Below are positions 11,524 to 19,704 of a DNA stretch of 32,000 bases, in pieces. The notes under the pieces are model-generated. The model made no database searches. It was not told where the DNA came from and saw nothing but the letters and a program-made list of their open reading frames with translations. Origin of the DNA: Corynebacterium glutamicum ATCC 13032 (GTDB taxonomy: Bacteria; Actinomycetota; Actinomycetes; Mycobacteriales; Mycobacteriaceae); assembly GCF_000011325.1 (NCBI RefSeq), contig NC_003450.3, positions 1 to 32,000 of the forward strand, written 5' to 3'. Each line of letters opens with the position of its first letter. The first letter of the stretch is position 1. The position numbers were made by a program, and so were the translations under genes.

Positions 11524-11729
11524 CGGGCTTGCCTAATTCGCTTTTCGACGCCCGCATACTCGTGCAGCATCGTCCGGGCGAGCCCGGCGATCTCAGCGTC
11601 GTCGACCGCCCTGCTTGCTGCCGCAATGATTGCTCGCGTGGCAGCTTCCTGTTTGCTGCAGCCTTGGGTCCTGGCAAGCAGGGTGAGGGCGCGGTCCTGG
11701 GCGTCGTTAAGCCTTAAAGTCATTGCCAT
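11520..11729 (-). CDS. Ribbon-helix-helix (CopG/antitoxin-like) protein
   Basis: ORF is open to 11768. The Met codons at 11729 or 11723 (MAMTLRLNDAQDRALTLLARTQG...) give a typical RHH N-terminal beta-strand. An inverted repeat sits just upstream of that start. Confidence 0.6.
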   Translation of the reverse strand: MAMTLRLNDAQDRALTLLARTQGCSKQEAATRAIIAAASRAVDDAEIAGLARTMLHEYAGVEKRIRQAR

Positions 11730-11730
11730 G

Positions 11731-11764
11731 CCCAAAATGGTATCGCTTTGATACCAATTTTGGG
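11731..11764. promoter_or_regulatory. Imperfect palindrome, candidate operator of the RHH gene
   Basis: CCCAAAATGGTATC (11731-11744) and GATACCAATTTTGGG (11750-11764). The arms differ by a single-base indel. Confidence 0.45.
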
Positions 11765-11830
11765 GCATGCAAGGCGTTAAAACGGCCTGTGGACTAAAAT
11801 CGGTAGGGTTGACACGAAGAAAGGTGATCA

Positions 11831-14401
11831 GTGAGCGACGACAATACCGGACAATTTGACCGCGTTAATCCCATTGATATCAATGAGGAAATGCAGTCGA
11901 GCTACATCGACTACGCGATGTCAGTCATCGTCGGACGTGCCCTCCCAGAGGTGCGCGACGGCCTGAAGCCAGTCCACCGCCGCGTCTTGTACGCGATGTT
12001 CGACAACGGCTACCGCCCCGACCGCAGCTACGTGAAGTCTGCAAAACCAGTGGCAGACACCATGGGTAACTTCCACCCACACGGCGACACCGCAATTTAT
12101 GACACGTTGGTGCGCATGGCTCAGCCATGGTCCATGCGATACCCGCTGGTAGACGGCCAGGGTAACTTCGGTTCCCGCGGCAACGACGGCCCTGCAGCAA
12201 TGCGTTACACCGAGTGCCGCATGACCCCACTGGCCATGGAGATGGTGCGCGACATCCGCGAAAACACCGTCAACTTCTCACCAAACTACGACGGTAAAAC
12301 CCTCGAACCAGACGTTTTGCCATCGCGCGTTCCAAACTTGTTGATGAACGGTTCGGGCGGCATTGCGGTCGGCATGGCCACCAACATCCCACCGCACAAC
12401 CTCAACGAGCTTGCCGACGCCATCTTCTGGCTCCTGGAAAACCCAGACGCCGAAGAATCCGAAGCTCTCGAAGCCTGCATGAAGTTTGTGAAGGGCCCAG
12501 ACTTCCCAACCGCTGGCCTCATCATCGGTGACAAGGGCATCCACGATGCCTACACCACCGGCCGCGGCTCCATCCGCATGCGCGGTGTCACCTCCATCGA
12601 GGAGGAAGGCAACCGCACCGTCATCGTTATCACCGAGCTGCCATACCAGGTCAACCCGGATAACCTGATCTCTAATATCGCGGAGCAGGTGCGCGACGGC
12701 AAGCTCGTGGGCATCTCCAAGATTGAAGATGAATCCTCCGACCGCGTCGGCATGCGCATTGTGGTCACCCTCAAGCGCGACGCAGTTGCCCGCGTGGTGC
12801 TGAACAACCTGTTCAAGCACTCCCAGCTGCAAGCCAACTTTGGTGCGAACATGCTCTCCATCGTCGATGGCGTGCCACGCACCCTTCGCCTGGACCAGAT
12901 GCTGCGCTACTACGTGGCACACCAGATCGAAGTCATCGTGCGCCGCACCCAATACCGCCTCGACAAGGCTGAAGAGCGCGCCCACCTCCTCCGCGGCCTG
13001 GTCAAGGCCCTGGACATGCTGGACGAGGTCATCGCGCTCATCCGCCGCAGCCCAACCCCAGATGAAGCCCGCACCGGCCTCATGTCGCTTCTCGACGTCG
13101 ACGAGGCGCAGGCTGACGCAATTCTGGCAATGCAGCTGCGTCGCCTGGCGGCACTGGAACGCCAAAAGATCATCGATGAGCTCGCTGAAATCGAGCTGGA
13201 AATCGCTGACCTGAAGGCCATCCTGGCAAGCCCAGAACGTCAGCGCACCATCGTTCGCGATGAGCTGACCGAAATCGTGGAAAAGTACGGCGACGAGCGT
13301 CGTTCCCAGATCATCGCTGCCACCGGCGACGTGTCTGAAGAAGACCTCATTGCGCGTGAAAACGTTGTCATCACCATTACCTCCACCGGTTACGCAAAGC
13401 GCACCAAGGTCGATGCCTACAAGTCGCAAAAGCGTGGCGGCAAGGGTGTTCGTGGCGCAGAGCTCAAGCAAGATGACATTGTTCGTCACTTCTTCGTCAG
13501 CTCCACCCACGACTGGATTTTGTTCTTCACCAACTACGGTCGCGTGTACCGCCTCAAGGCATTCGAACTTCCAGAGGCATCCCGCACCGCACGTGGACAG
13601 CACGTGGCCAACCTTCTGGAATTCCAACCTGGTGAGCAAATCGCCCAGGTCATCCAGTTGGAAAGCTACAACGACTTCCCATACCTGGTGCTCGCAACCG
13701 CACACGGTCGCGTGAAGAAGTCCCGCCTGCTCGACTACGAATCAGCACGTTCCGGTGGCCTCATCGCCATCAACCTGAACGAGGACGATCGCCTCATCGG
13801 CGCCGCACTTTGCGGTGAAGAAGACGATCTGCTGCTGGTCTCTGAATTCGGACAGTCCATCCGCTTCACCGCCGACGATGAGCAGCTCCGCCCCATGGGC
13901 CGCGCCACCGCCGGTGTCAAGGGCATGCGCTTCCGCGACAACGACCAACTGCTGTCCATGTCCGTGGTCCGCGACGGCGAATTCCTCCTCGTTGCCACCT
14001 CCGGCGGCTACGGCAAGCGCACCCCACTTGAGGATTACTCCACCCAGGGCCGTGGTGGCCTCGGCGTGGTGACCTTCAAGTACACCCCGAAGCGCGGTCG
14101 CCTCGTCAGCGCCATCGCAGTTGAGGAAGATGACGAGATCTTCGCCATCACCTCCGCCGGCGGCGTTGTTCGCACCGAAGTCAAGCAGATCCGACCATCC
14201 TCCCGTGCAACAATGGGTGTTCGACTGGTCAACTTGGAAGAAGGTGTAGAACTGCTTGCCATCGACAAGAACGTCGAAGACCAGGGCGAAGCATCCGCAG
14301 AAGCAGTAGCAAAGGGTGCAGTCGAAGGACCAGCATCCAAGACTGCTGCCGAAGAAACCGACTCCGTTGACAACGGATCCGACGAAAACGGCGAGGAATA
14401 A
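11831..14401 (+). CDS. gyrA: DNA gyrase subunit A
   Basis: 856-aa ORF with GTG start after GAAAGG. Canonical N-terminus (YIDYAMSVIVGRALPEVRDGLKPVHRRVLY), catalytic AAMRYTE region, beta-pinwheel CTD and acidic tail. Confidence 0.97.
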   Translation: MSDDNTGQFDRVNPIDINEEMQSSYIDYAMSVIVGRALPEVRDGLKPVHRRVLYAMFDNGYRPDRSYVKSAKPVADTMGNFHPHGDTAIYDTLVRMAQPWSMRYPLVDGQGNFGSRGNDGPAAMRYTECRMTPLAMEMVRDIRENTVNFSPNYDGKTLEPDVLPSRVPNLLMNGSGGIAVGMATNIPPHNLNELADAIFWLLENPDAEESEALEACMKFVKGPDFPTAGLIIGDKGIHDAYTTGRGSIRMRGVTSIEEEGNRTVIVITELPYQVNPDNLISNIAEQVRDGKLVGISKIEDESSDRVGMRIVVTLKRDAVARVVLNNLFKHSQLQANFGANMLSIVDGVPRTLRLDQMLRYYVAHQIEVIVRRTQYRLDKAEERAHLLRGLVKALDMLDEVIALIRRSPTPDEARTGLMSLLDVDEAQADAILAMQLRRLAALERQKIIDELAEIELEIADLKAILASPERQRTIVRDELTEIVEKYGDERRSQIIAATGDVSEEDLIARENVVITITSTGYAKRTKVDAYKSQKRGGKGVRGAELKQDDIVRHFFVSSTHDWILFFTNYGRVYRLKAFELPEASRTARGQHVANLLEFQPGEQIAQVIQLESYNDFPYLVLATAHGRVKKSRLLDYESARSGGLIAINLNEDDRLIGAALCGEEDDLLLVSEFGQSIRFTADDEQLRPMGRATAGVKGMRFRDNDQLLSMSVVRDGEFLLVATSGGYGKRTPLEDYSTQGRGGLGVVTFKYTPKRGRLVSAIAVEEDDEIFAITSAGGVVRTEVKQIRPSSRATMGVRLVNLEEGVELLAIDKNVEDQGEASAEAVAKGAVEGPASKTAAEETDSVDNGSDENGEE

Positions 14402-14404
14402 TTT

Positions 14405-14749
14405 ATGGCATCCCGAGAAGTATCCATCACCCGAATCTCACCACTAGCAACCTTCCGAGTTGCACTGGCAATGTCCATCATCGGACTCGTGGCGTGGATC
14501 ATCTGCGTAACCGTCCTCTATTTCGGACTTAACGTGGCTGGCGTCTGGCAGAACTTCAACGATGTCATCGGCGGTGTTGGTGCAGAACAAACCATCACCT
14601 TCGGGCTCGTCCTGAGCATTTCCGCACTTCTGGGAGCTATCGGAGCGATTACCGTCGCTGTGCTTGCACCATTGTGTGCAATCATCTACAACTCGATTGT
14701 TGACCTCTTCGGTGGACTGCAGATTCAACTGCAAGAAGAAGTAGACTAA
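14405..14749 (+). CDS. DUF3566-like small membrane protein, conserved downstream of gyrA in Actinobacteria
   Basis: 114-aa ORF 3 nt after the gyrA stop with two hydrophobic helices. Sequence (ITRISPLATFRVALAMS) and synteny resemble Rv0007-type proteins, from memory. Confidence 0.75.
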   Translation: MASREVSITRISPLATFRVALAMSIIGLVAWIICVTVLYFGLNVAGVWQNFNDVIGGVGAEQTITFGLVLSISALLGAIGAITVAVLAPLCAIIYNSIVDLFGGLQIQLQEEVD

Positions 14750-14850
14750 CCTCTGAAACACAAACCCCTAGACACTGCTAAATATAGCCTTTGAACAGGG
14801 GATTTGTTGTATTGTTAACTTGAAGGTAGAGTCTTATCTCGTTCCTAGAG

Positions 14851-14927
14851 GGGCCTATAGCTCAGTCGGTTAGAGCGCATCGCTGATAACGATGAGGTCG
14901 CAAGTTCGATTCTTGCTAGGCCCACCA
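14851..14927 (+). tRNA. tRNA-Ile (anticodon GAT), CCA encoded
   Basis: Hand-folded cloverleaf: acceptor GGGCCTA/TAGGCCC, anticodon arm CATCG-CTGATAA-CGATG, T arm GCAAG-TTCGATT-CTTGC, then A-CCA. Confidence 0.95.
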
Positions 14928-14938
14928 GGAACAAAAAA

Positions 14939-15011
14939 GGGGCATTAGCTCAGTTGGTAGAGCACCTGCTTTGCAAGCAGGATGTCAGGAGTTCGATTCT
15001 CCTATGCTCCA
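14939..15011 (+). tRNA. tRNA-Ala (anticodon TGC), CCA not encoded
   Basis: Acceptor GGGGCAT/ATGCTCC with the G3:U70 Ala identity pair. Anticodon arm CCTGC-TTTGCAA-GCAGG, T arm AGGAG-TTCGATT-CTCCT. Confidence 0.95.
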
Positions 15012-15018
15012 CAGTTTT

Positions 15019-15060
15019 CCCGGTTCATCTTGTTTAAGGTGGGCCGGGATTTTTGTTTTT
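15019..15060 (+). terminator. Terminator after tRNA-Ala copy 1
   Basis: CCCGG...CCGGG stem extended by G:U pairs, then ATTTTTGTTTTT. The same structure follows all three tRNA-Ala copies. Confidence 0.7.
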
Positions 15061-15121
15061 TAGTGTTTCTGGGATACCTCGGTGGCACTCCGGCGGCACT
15101 CTGGGTCATTGGAAAGCTGTG

Positions 15122-15190
15122 TGTACTTTCGACAACAAGATTTGGGCAAAATGGTGGTCAAAATCAGGAAATCTTGTTGTCGAAAGTACA
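15122..15190. repeat. Long hairpin element, copy A (perfect 22-bp stem, 25-nt loop)
   Basis: TGTACTTTCGACAACAAGATTT (15122-15143) is the exact reverse complement of 15169-15190. A related copy lies at 24152-24220. Confidence 0.8.
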
Positions 15191-15205
15191 ACTGGGTCTT
15201 CGGTT

Positions 15206-16243
15206 CTATCCGAGGTGGGTGAGTAGGGTGCCTGCAAGTGCGATACTGGTGACAAGTGTCGTGGATCCGAAAGCCAGAATGAAAGGCTTGACCCCAACAT
15301 GGATCAGGTTCTGGATTTTTACGCCACACCCGAGACCAAACATTGCTGCAGAGAGCAAGGCTGTCTGTAGGAAACCTCCAGCCGCAATTACCTCGTCTGG
15401 GAGCGCAACAGTGGAGCGCAAAACTACCATCGCCAAGAATCCAAGGATAAATAGGGGAACGACCGGTGGTCTCTTTCCATCGGGGGACGTGTAACCCTGG
15501 CGGCGCTGGCGAAAACTTAAAATGGCAGCAATGGGTGCAAGTAGGAGTACTCGGGCGAGTTTCACCACAACTGCAACACCTAATGCTCCACCACCAATGA
15601 CTCCTCCAGCTGCTACTACTTGGGCGATTTCATGGATGGATCCGCCTGCCCACATCCCACCGATTTCAGGGGATAACCCCAAGACTTTGGTTGCGAATGG
15701 GATAAAAGGAATCATCAGCGTTCCGAAAATAACAACAAGTGCAACCGCAGTAACGACCTCTTCTTCTTCGGAATCAGTTACTCCTTCAACACCTGCCACG
15801 GCCGCAGCGCCACAAATAGAAAAGCCACAAGCAATCAACAGAACTTGGGTTGGTTTCATTCTGAGCAGGTGTCCCATGAGGATGGTCCCAAAAATACCAC
15901 CGGCAACGATGCACACAATCACCGCCAGCATGGGGAAACCAAGTGACAAAATATCTGAGAAAACTAACTGCAGACCAAGGAAGACGATTCCCAGCCGCAA
16001 AAGCTTTTTCGACGCCAACGTGATGCCGGGTGAGGTCGATGCTGGGAGCTGAATCAGGTTGGTCAGGATGATGCCAAGAATGATCGCGACGATAAGCGGA
16101 CTCACACCAGAGAAAAAGTGATTCACGATCATAGCGATGAGTACCGCAATGGAGCATAAGAGCAGGCCCGGGGTGTACTTCTGGAGGACTCCGGTGCGAA
16201 GTTGGGTAAAGGGCGGCGTCGATTCCAGAAGGTTTGTAGACAT
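15206..16243 (-). CDS. YeiH/UPF0324-family integral membrane protein (putative exporter)
   Basis: 345-aa polytopic ORF divergent from a LysR regulator, as in the yeiH-yeiE arrangement. Family assignment is from sequence feel and context. Confidence 0.75.
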   Translation of the reverse strand: MSTNLLESTPPFTQLRTGVLQKYTPGLLLCSIAVLIAMIVNHFFSGVSPLIVAIILGIILTNLIQLPASTSPGITLASKKLLRLGIVFLGLQLVFSDILSLGFPMLAVIVCIVAGGIFGTILMGHLLRMKPTQVLLIACGFSICGAAAVAGVEGVTDSEEEEVVTAVALVVIFGTLMIPFIPFATKVLGLSPEIGGMWAGGSIHEIAQVVAAGGVIGGGALGVAVVVKLARVLLLAPIAAILSFRQRRQGYTSPDGKRPPVVPLFILGFLAMVVLRSTVALPDEVIAAGGFLQTALLSAAMFGLGCGVKIQNLIHVGVKPFILAFGSTTLVTSIALAGTLLTHLG

Positions 16244-16313
16244 GCTTCAAGGTTGCGCTAATTGAAAAGAACGCGGTAGACGGTACTTTCATATCCACCC
16301 ATATAATGTTGAT

Positions 16314-17210
16314 ATGGATAATGGGTGGCCGAACCTGCAAACTCTCGCACTCTTTGTGGCGATTGTGGAAGAGGGGAGCCTCGGTGCCGGTGCTCGAAAA
16401 GTCGGAATGGCCCAACCTAATGCCAGTCGGGCTATCGCAGAGCTTGAGGCAGACATGAAAGCCGAATTGTTGGTACGTCATCCTCGAGGATCACATCCAA
16501 CAGCTGCTGGACTTGCGCTTGTTGAGCATTCGCGCGATCTGCTTCAATCTGTACAAGAATTTACTGAATGGGTGACAGAGGGACGAACTGAGCAGCCGCT
16601 GAAATTGCATGTTGGGGCCAGTATGACCATTGCCGAGGCTCTACTTCCAGCTTGGGTTGCGGACATGCGCACGCGTTTTCCTGCCTGCCGTGTCGACGTC
16701 TCTGTGATGAATTCTTCTCAAGTAATTGAAGCCGTCCAGAAAGGGCACTTGCAACTAGGTTTTATTGAAACACCGCATGTTCCCGTACGGCTTCATGCTC
16801 GTGTGGTGCAAGAGGACAAGCTGATTGTGGTGATTTCTCCTAATCATGAGTGGGCTAATCGCACGGGTAGGATCAGTCTTCGGGAGTTGTCGGAAACTCC
16901 GCTGATAGTGAGGGAAGTCGGCTCAGGTACCCGAGAAGCATTACAAGAATTACTTGCGGATTATGACATGGCTGAGCCGATTCAAGTGTTAAACAGCAAT
17001 GCTGCGGTACGTGTTGTTGTTGAAGCAGGGGCAGGTCCTGCAGTACTTGGTGAATTAGCCTTGCGTGATCATCTTGCGCTCGGCAGGCTGTTGAGTGTGC
17101 CATTTGAAGGCAGTGGAGTTACTCGTCCTCTTACAGCTGTGTGGAGTGGACCCCGCAGATTGCCGATTCTAGCGGGAGAATTAGTGTCCATCGCATCGAA
17201 CCACATCTGA
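16314..17210 (+). CDS. LysR-family transcriptional regulator
   Basis: 298-aa ORF with an N-terminal HTH (LQTLALFVAIVEEGSLGAGARKVGMAQPNASRAIAELE) and a LysR substrate-binding domain. Confidence 0.88.
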   Translation: MDNGWPNLQTLALFVAIVEEGSLGAGARKVGMAQPNASRAIAELEADMKAELLVRHPRGSHPTAAGLALVEHSRDLLQSVQEFTEWVTEGRTEQPLKLHVGASMTIAEALLPAWVADMRTRFPACRVDVSVMNSSQVIEAVQKGHLQLGFIETPHVPVRLHARVVQEDKLIVVISPNHEWANRTGRISLRELSETPLIVREVGSGTREALQELLADYDMAEPIQVLNSNAAVRVVVEAGAGPAVLGELALRDHLALGRLLSVPFEGSGVTRPLTAVWSGPRRLPILAGELVSIASNHI

Positions 17211-17250
17211 TTTTGAGCCCTGGCTAACGGATTGTTTTTGACAGATTGGA

Positions 17251-17673
17251 ATGACAATAATGAACGAGATTCCAGAATGGTTGACTCTTGTATCTGTTGA
17301 AGCAGGAAAGAGACTTGGGCTGCCTGGGCCATTGGTGTTTCCGCCGGAGTTGGTCACTTTGGCAGTTGAAGGGATTGAGCTTATTGAACTTGAGCCTTCA
17401 TGGACTTCTGATTTTCCTCTGCCGGAATTCGGGTTCCTAGCTGCGGATATGGTTGATTTCTATGATGATTATGAGTTTAGTGAATGGATTCCGGGTGCGT
17501 GGCCTCTTGCTTTAGATGGTGGAGGAGGTTTCTTTTGCCTTGATCTCCGTGCTGCCAACGCTGATGGAGAGATTCCTGTTGTGTGGGTGCATGCCAGCAA
17601 CTTGGGTTGGGGTGATGATGAGGCAGTACGCGTAGCTGCCTCGTTGGCAGATTTGTTGAGTCCGTCGAAATAG
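17251..17673 (+). CDS. SMI1/KNR4 (SUKH-1) family protein
   Basis: 140-aa acidic ORF. Central block WPLALDGGGGFFCLDL and the C-terminal region are typical of the SUKH-1 family. No adjacent toxin gene. Confidence 0.65.
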   Translation: MTIMNEIPEWLTLVSVEAGKRLGLPGPLVFPPELVTLAVEGIELIELEPSWTSDFPLPEFGFLAADMVDFYDDYEFSEWIPGAWPLALDGGGGFFCLDLRAANADGEIPVVWVHASNLGWGDDEAVRVAASLADLLSPSK

Positions 17674-17856
17674 AAGAATTAGCATTTACCGGAATTGACG
17701 GTAAATAGTGATGCCGTGGAATTATGGAGAAGTTGGGCGGATGGAAGTTTTTGATCATTTTGCTGAAGTCGTCAAAGCTATGGGGCGCTCGTTATTTTTC
17801 CAGCGCTGCCCCTGACGCGAACTAATTCCAATACTGCCTCGCTCCAAAACTAATAA

Positions 17857-18729
17857 TTAGCGAGGGTTAATAACCCATCCACTTTCTTTGGGTCGCTGAG
17901 CTTCTTCTTTTCGCTTTTGTCGTTTGTTCCAGAAGTACAAGAACAAGCCAGCGGCGACAATGATCAATGCGATGTCAAAGAGTGGTGACCCGAGTGAGAA
18001 TGTGGCTTCCTGTAGCCAGATCTGGGTGTCCATTGGAACGAGCTCCGGCATGCTGACAAGGCCGTTCGTGGACCAAAAGAGGATTCCGACAGCGATGATC
18101 AGGGCACCGCTAATGACAGAAACAATGTGCCACTGCCTGCCCAAGAAGGTGAATTCCCGGCCGCGGAGCATCTGCTGTCCACGCTGTCCGAGTTTGGCCC
18201 AGAGCGCTGCAATAGCCATCAGGGGCAGCACCATTCCCGCACCATAAGCACTCAAAATGAGTGCTGAGGTGATGGAGTTTCCACTGGTGGCAGCCAAAGT
18301 AAGAACGGCGCCGAGGATTGGTCCGGAACAAAAACCGGCAATACTACTGGTCATTCCTAGTAAAAAGCTCTTTCCTAGACCTGAGGTCACAGTGGCCTTA
18401 GATTGCAGACGATCTAATCCTGGGAGTGCTTTTCCGAAGTCGAATCCGCCGCCGAAGATCTGGACAAAACCTAGGATAATCAGCACGATCGATGAAACCA
18501 CGATGATGGTCTGGCGTTGGGTGATAAACAGCTCGCCGAGGATTCCCGCACCAAGGCCAAGTGGCACGAGAAGTACTAGAAGTCCTGCGTAGAACACAAC
18601 ACCGTGAAGGATCATGCGCGGGCCAGCACCCACTGAGGATGCAAAAAATGCTGGTAAAAGGAGTGCGGCACAAGGGCTAAGTAGCGCGAGTGTGCCACCG
18701 AGAAAAGCTGTAACTAGGCCGACATCCAC
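17857..18729 (-). CDS. ccdA: Cytochrome c biogenesis/thiol-disulfide transporter CcdA (DsbD-family) membrane protein
   Basis: 290-aa ORF with GTG start 3 nt after the dsbA-like stop. N-terminal LLSPCAALLLP Cys motif and multiple TM segments. Confidence 0.85.
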   Translation of the reverse strand: MDVGLVTAFLGGTLALLSPCAALLLPAFFASSVGAGPRMILHGVVFYAGLLVLLVPLGLGAGILGELFITQRQTIIVVSSIVLIILGFVQIFGGGFDFGKALPGLDRLQSKATVTSGLGKSFLLGMTSSIAGFCSGPILGAVLTLAATSGNSITSALILSAYGAGMVLPLMAIAALWAKLGQRGQQMLRGREFTFLGRQWHIVSVISGALIIAVGILFWSTNGLVSMPELVPMDTQIWLQEATFSLGSPLFDIALIIVAAGLFLYFWNKRQKRKEEAQRPKESGWVINPR

Positions 18730-18732
18730 GGT

Positions 18733-19497
18733 TTATTCTTTCGCTGCCAGTGCTTGCTCGAAGGCGGCTTCAAATACAGAAGCAGGCTGAGCGCCCATGA
18801 TTGGCTGGCCACCTAGGAGGAAAGCTGGGGTGGAGTAGGCGCCAAGATCGATTCCCAGCTGTTGATGTTGCGCAATTGCGACTGCAGTTTCAGGGGATTG
18901 GAAATCGGCAGTGAATTTCGATTCGTCTAGTCCAAGGTCACCAGCAAGCTTAATAAGTCCCTCTTCGCTGAGCAGGTCTTCGCTGGGTTTTTCACCGTTG
19001 GCAAAGAGTGCGTTGTGGTATTCCAAGTATGCGTCCTGCAAACCCGCAGCGTATGCCGCGCGAGCTCCACGCTCAGATGGTTCTCCAAAGATGTTCACTT
19101 CACGCCATTCAATGCGGAGGTTTCCATCTTCCACATGCTTCATCATCTGTGGCAGGGTTTCATCGCTCCACTTTGCACAGAACGGGCATTGGTAGTCGGA
19201 AAACACCACTAACCCAACAGGTGCATCAACGTCTCCCACCGCAACAGGGTCGGAAGGGTCGCGTGCTTCCACGCTGGTCAGATCGGAGTCCGCAGCACCA
19301 GAAGCGGAACCCGAAGCAGCAGTCGAAGCAGCAGCCGAGTCCGAAGTCGCAGCGGCTGAAACGCCCTCGGCCGTATCACTCGCATTTCCTCGGTACATCA
19401 ACAGAACAACTGCGATGAGGAGCACTGCAATGATGACGACCAGTGTCGGTACGAGCCACTTTTTACTCTGTTGGTTCACTGAATTCTCCTTAACCAT
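18733..19497 (-). CDS. Membrane-anchored DsbA-like thiol:disulfide oxidoreductase
   Basis: 254-aa ORF with an N-terminal TM anchor, Ala/Ser-rich linker and thioredoxin fold with a CPFC active site (SDYQCPFCAKW). An alternative GTG start at 19479 is preceded by AAGGAG. Confidence 0.85.
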   Translation of the reverse strand: MVKENSVNQQSKKWLVPTLVVIIAVLLIAVVLLMYRGNASDTAEGVSAAATSDSAAASTAASGSASGAADSDLTSVEARDPSDPVAVGDVDAPVGLVVFSDYQCPFCAKWSDETLPQMMKHVEDGNLRIEWREVNIFGEPSERGARAAYAAGLQDAYLEYHNALFANGEKPSEDLLSEEGLIKLAGDLGLDESKFTADFQSPETAVAIAQHQQLGIDLGAYSTPAFLLGGQPIMGAQPASVFEAAFEQALAAKE

Positions 19498-19508
19498 CCC
19501 TGCTGGGA

Positions 19509-19564
19509 AGCCCTCAACTAAAAGCCCTCAACTAAAGTCGCCTAGCTAAAAGCCATGAATAAAA
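19509..19564. repeat. 14-bp tandem repeat (2 perfect and 2 degenerate units)
   Basis: AGCCCTCAACTAAA at 19509-19522 and 19523-19536, then GTCGCCTAGCTAAA and AGCCATGAATAAAA. Confidence 0.8.
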
Positions 19565-19576
19565 CTCAACTATGGC

Positions 19577-19617
19577 GACTATGCCACATAGTCGACTACC
19601 TTGCATAGTTGACTATT
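19577..19617. promoter_or_regulatory. Paired palindromic sites, candidate BlaI/CopY-type operators
   Basis: GACTATG-CCA-CATAGTC (19577-19593). Palindromes TAGTCGACTA (19589-19598, perfect) and TAGTTGACTA (19606-15). GACTA half-sites at 19577, 19594 and 19611, exactly 17 bp apart. Confidence 0.5.
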
Positions 19618-19704
19618 TGATTGAGTTGAACTGTGTCAGTGTATGAAGAGAAAAATGAAGAGAAAAACAGCTGCACATGGTTTCAAAAGATAAGGAAGTG
19701 AAGC

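Noticed and set aside
12278-13705. 475-aa ORF antisense to gyrA, and similar long antisense ORFs at 14035-14502, 15522-16052, 15786-16481 and 27260-27829
   Set aside because: They lie entirely inside well-supported genes on the opposite strand and have low-complexity, motif-free translations. Their openness is explained by the codon bias of the sense gene.
14982-15494. ORFs that start inside tRNA-Ala genes (14982-15494, 23543-23794, 24006-24326) and share the peptide MSGVRFSYAPQFSRF
   Set aside because: The shared peptide is just the translated tRNA and terminator sequence, so these are not coding.
16291-16320. TATCCA-N17-TGGATA inverted repeat as a LysR T-N11-A box in the yeiH/lysR divergent region
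   Set aside because: The match is only 6 bp, the spacing does not fit T-N11-A, and the right arm overlaps the LysR start codon. Too weak to call.
17684-17706. 8-bp inverted repeat ATTTACCG / CGGTAAAT after the SUKH gene as a terminator
   Set aside because: The stem is short and AT-rich with no following T tract, so the evidence is insufficient.
19643-19693. 16-codon upstream ORF (MKRKMKRKTAAHGFKR) formed by a 12-bp tandem ATGAAGAGAAAA duplication before the BlaI-like gene
   Set aside because: There is no Shine-Dalgarno sequence, and the ATGs arise from the tandem duplication itself. The repeat is real, but a leader-peptide role is unsupported.
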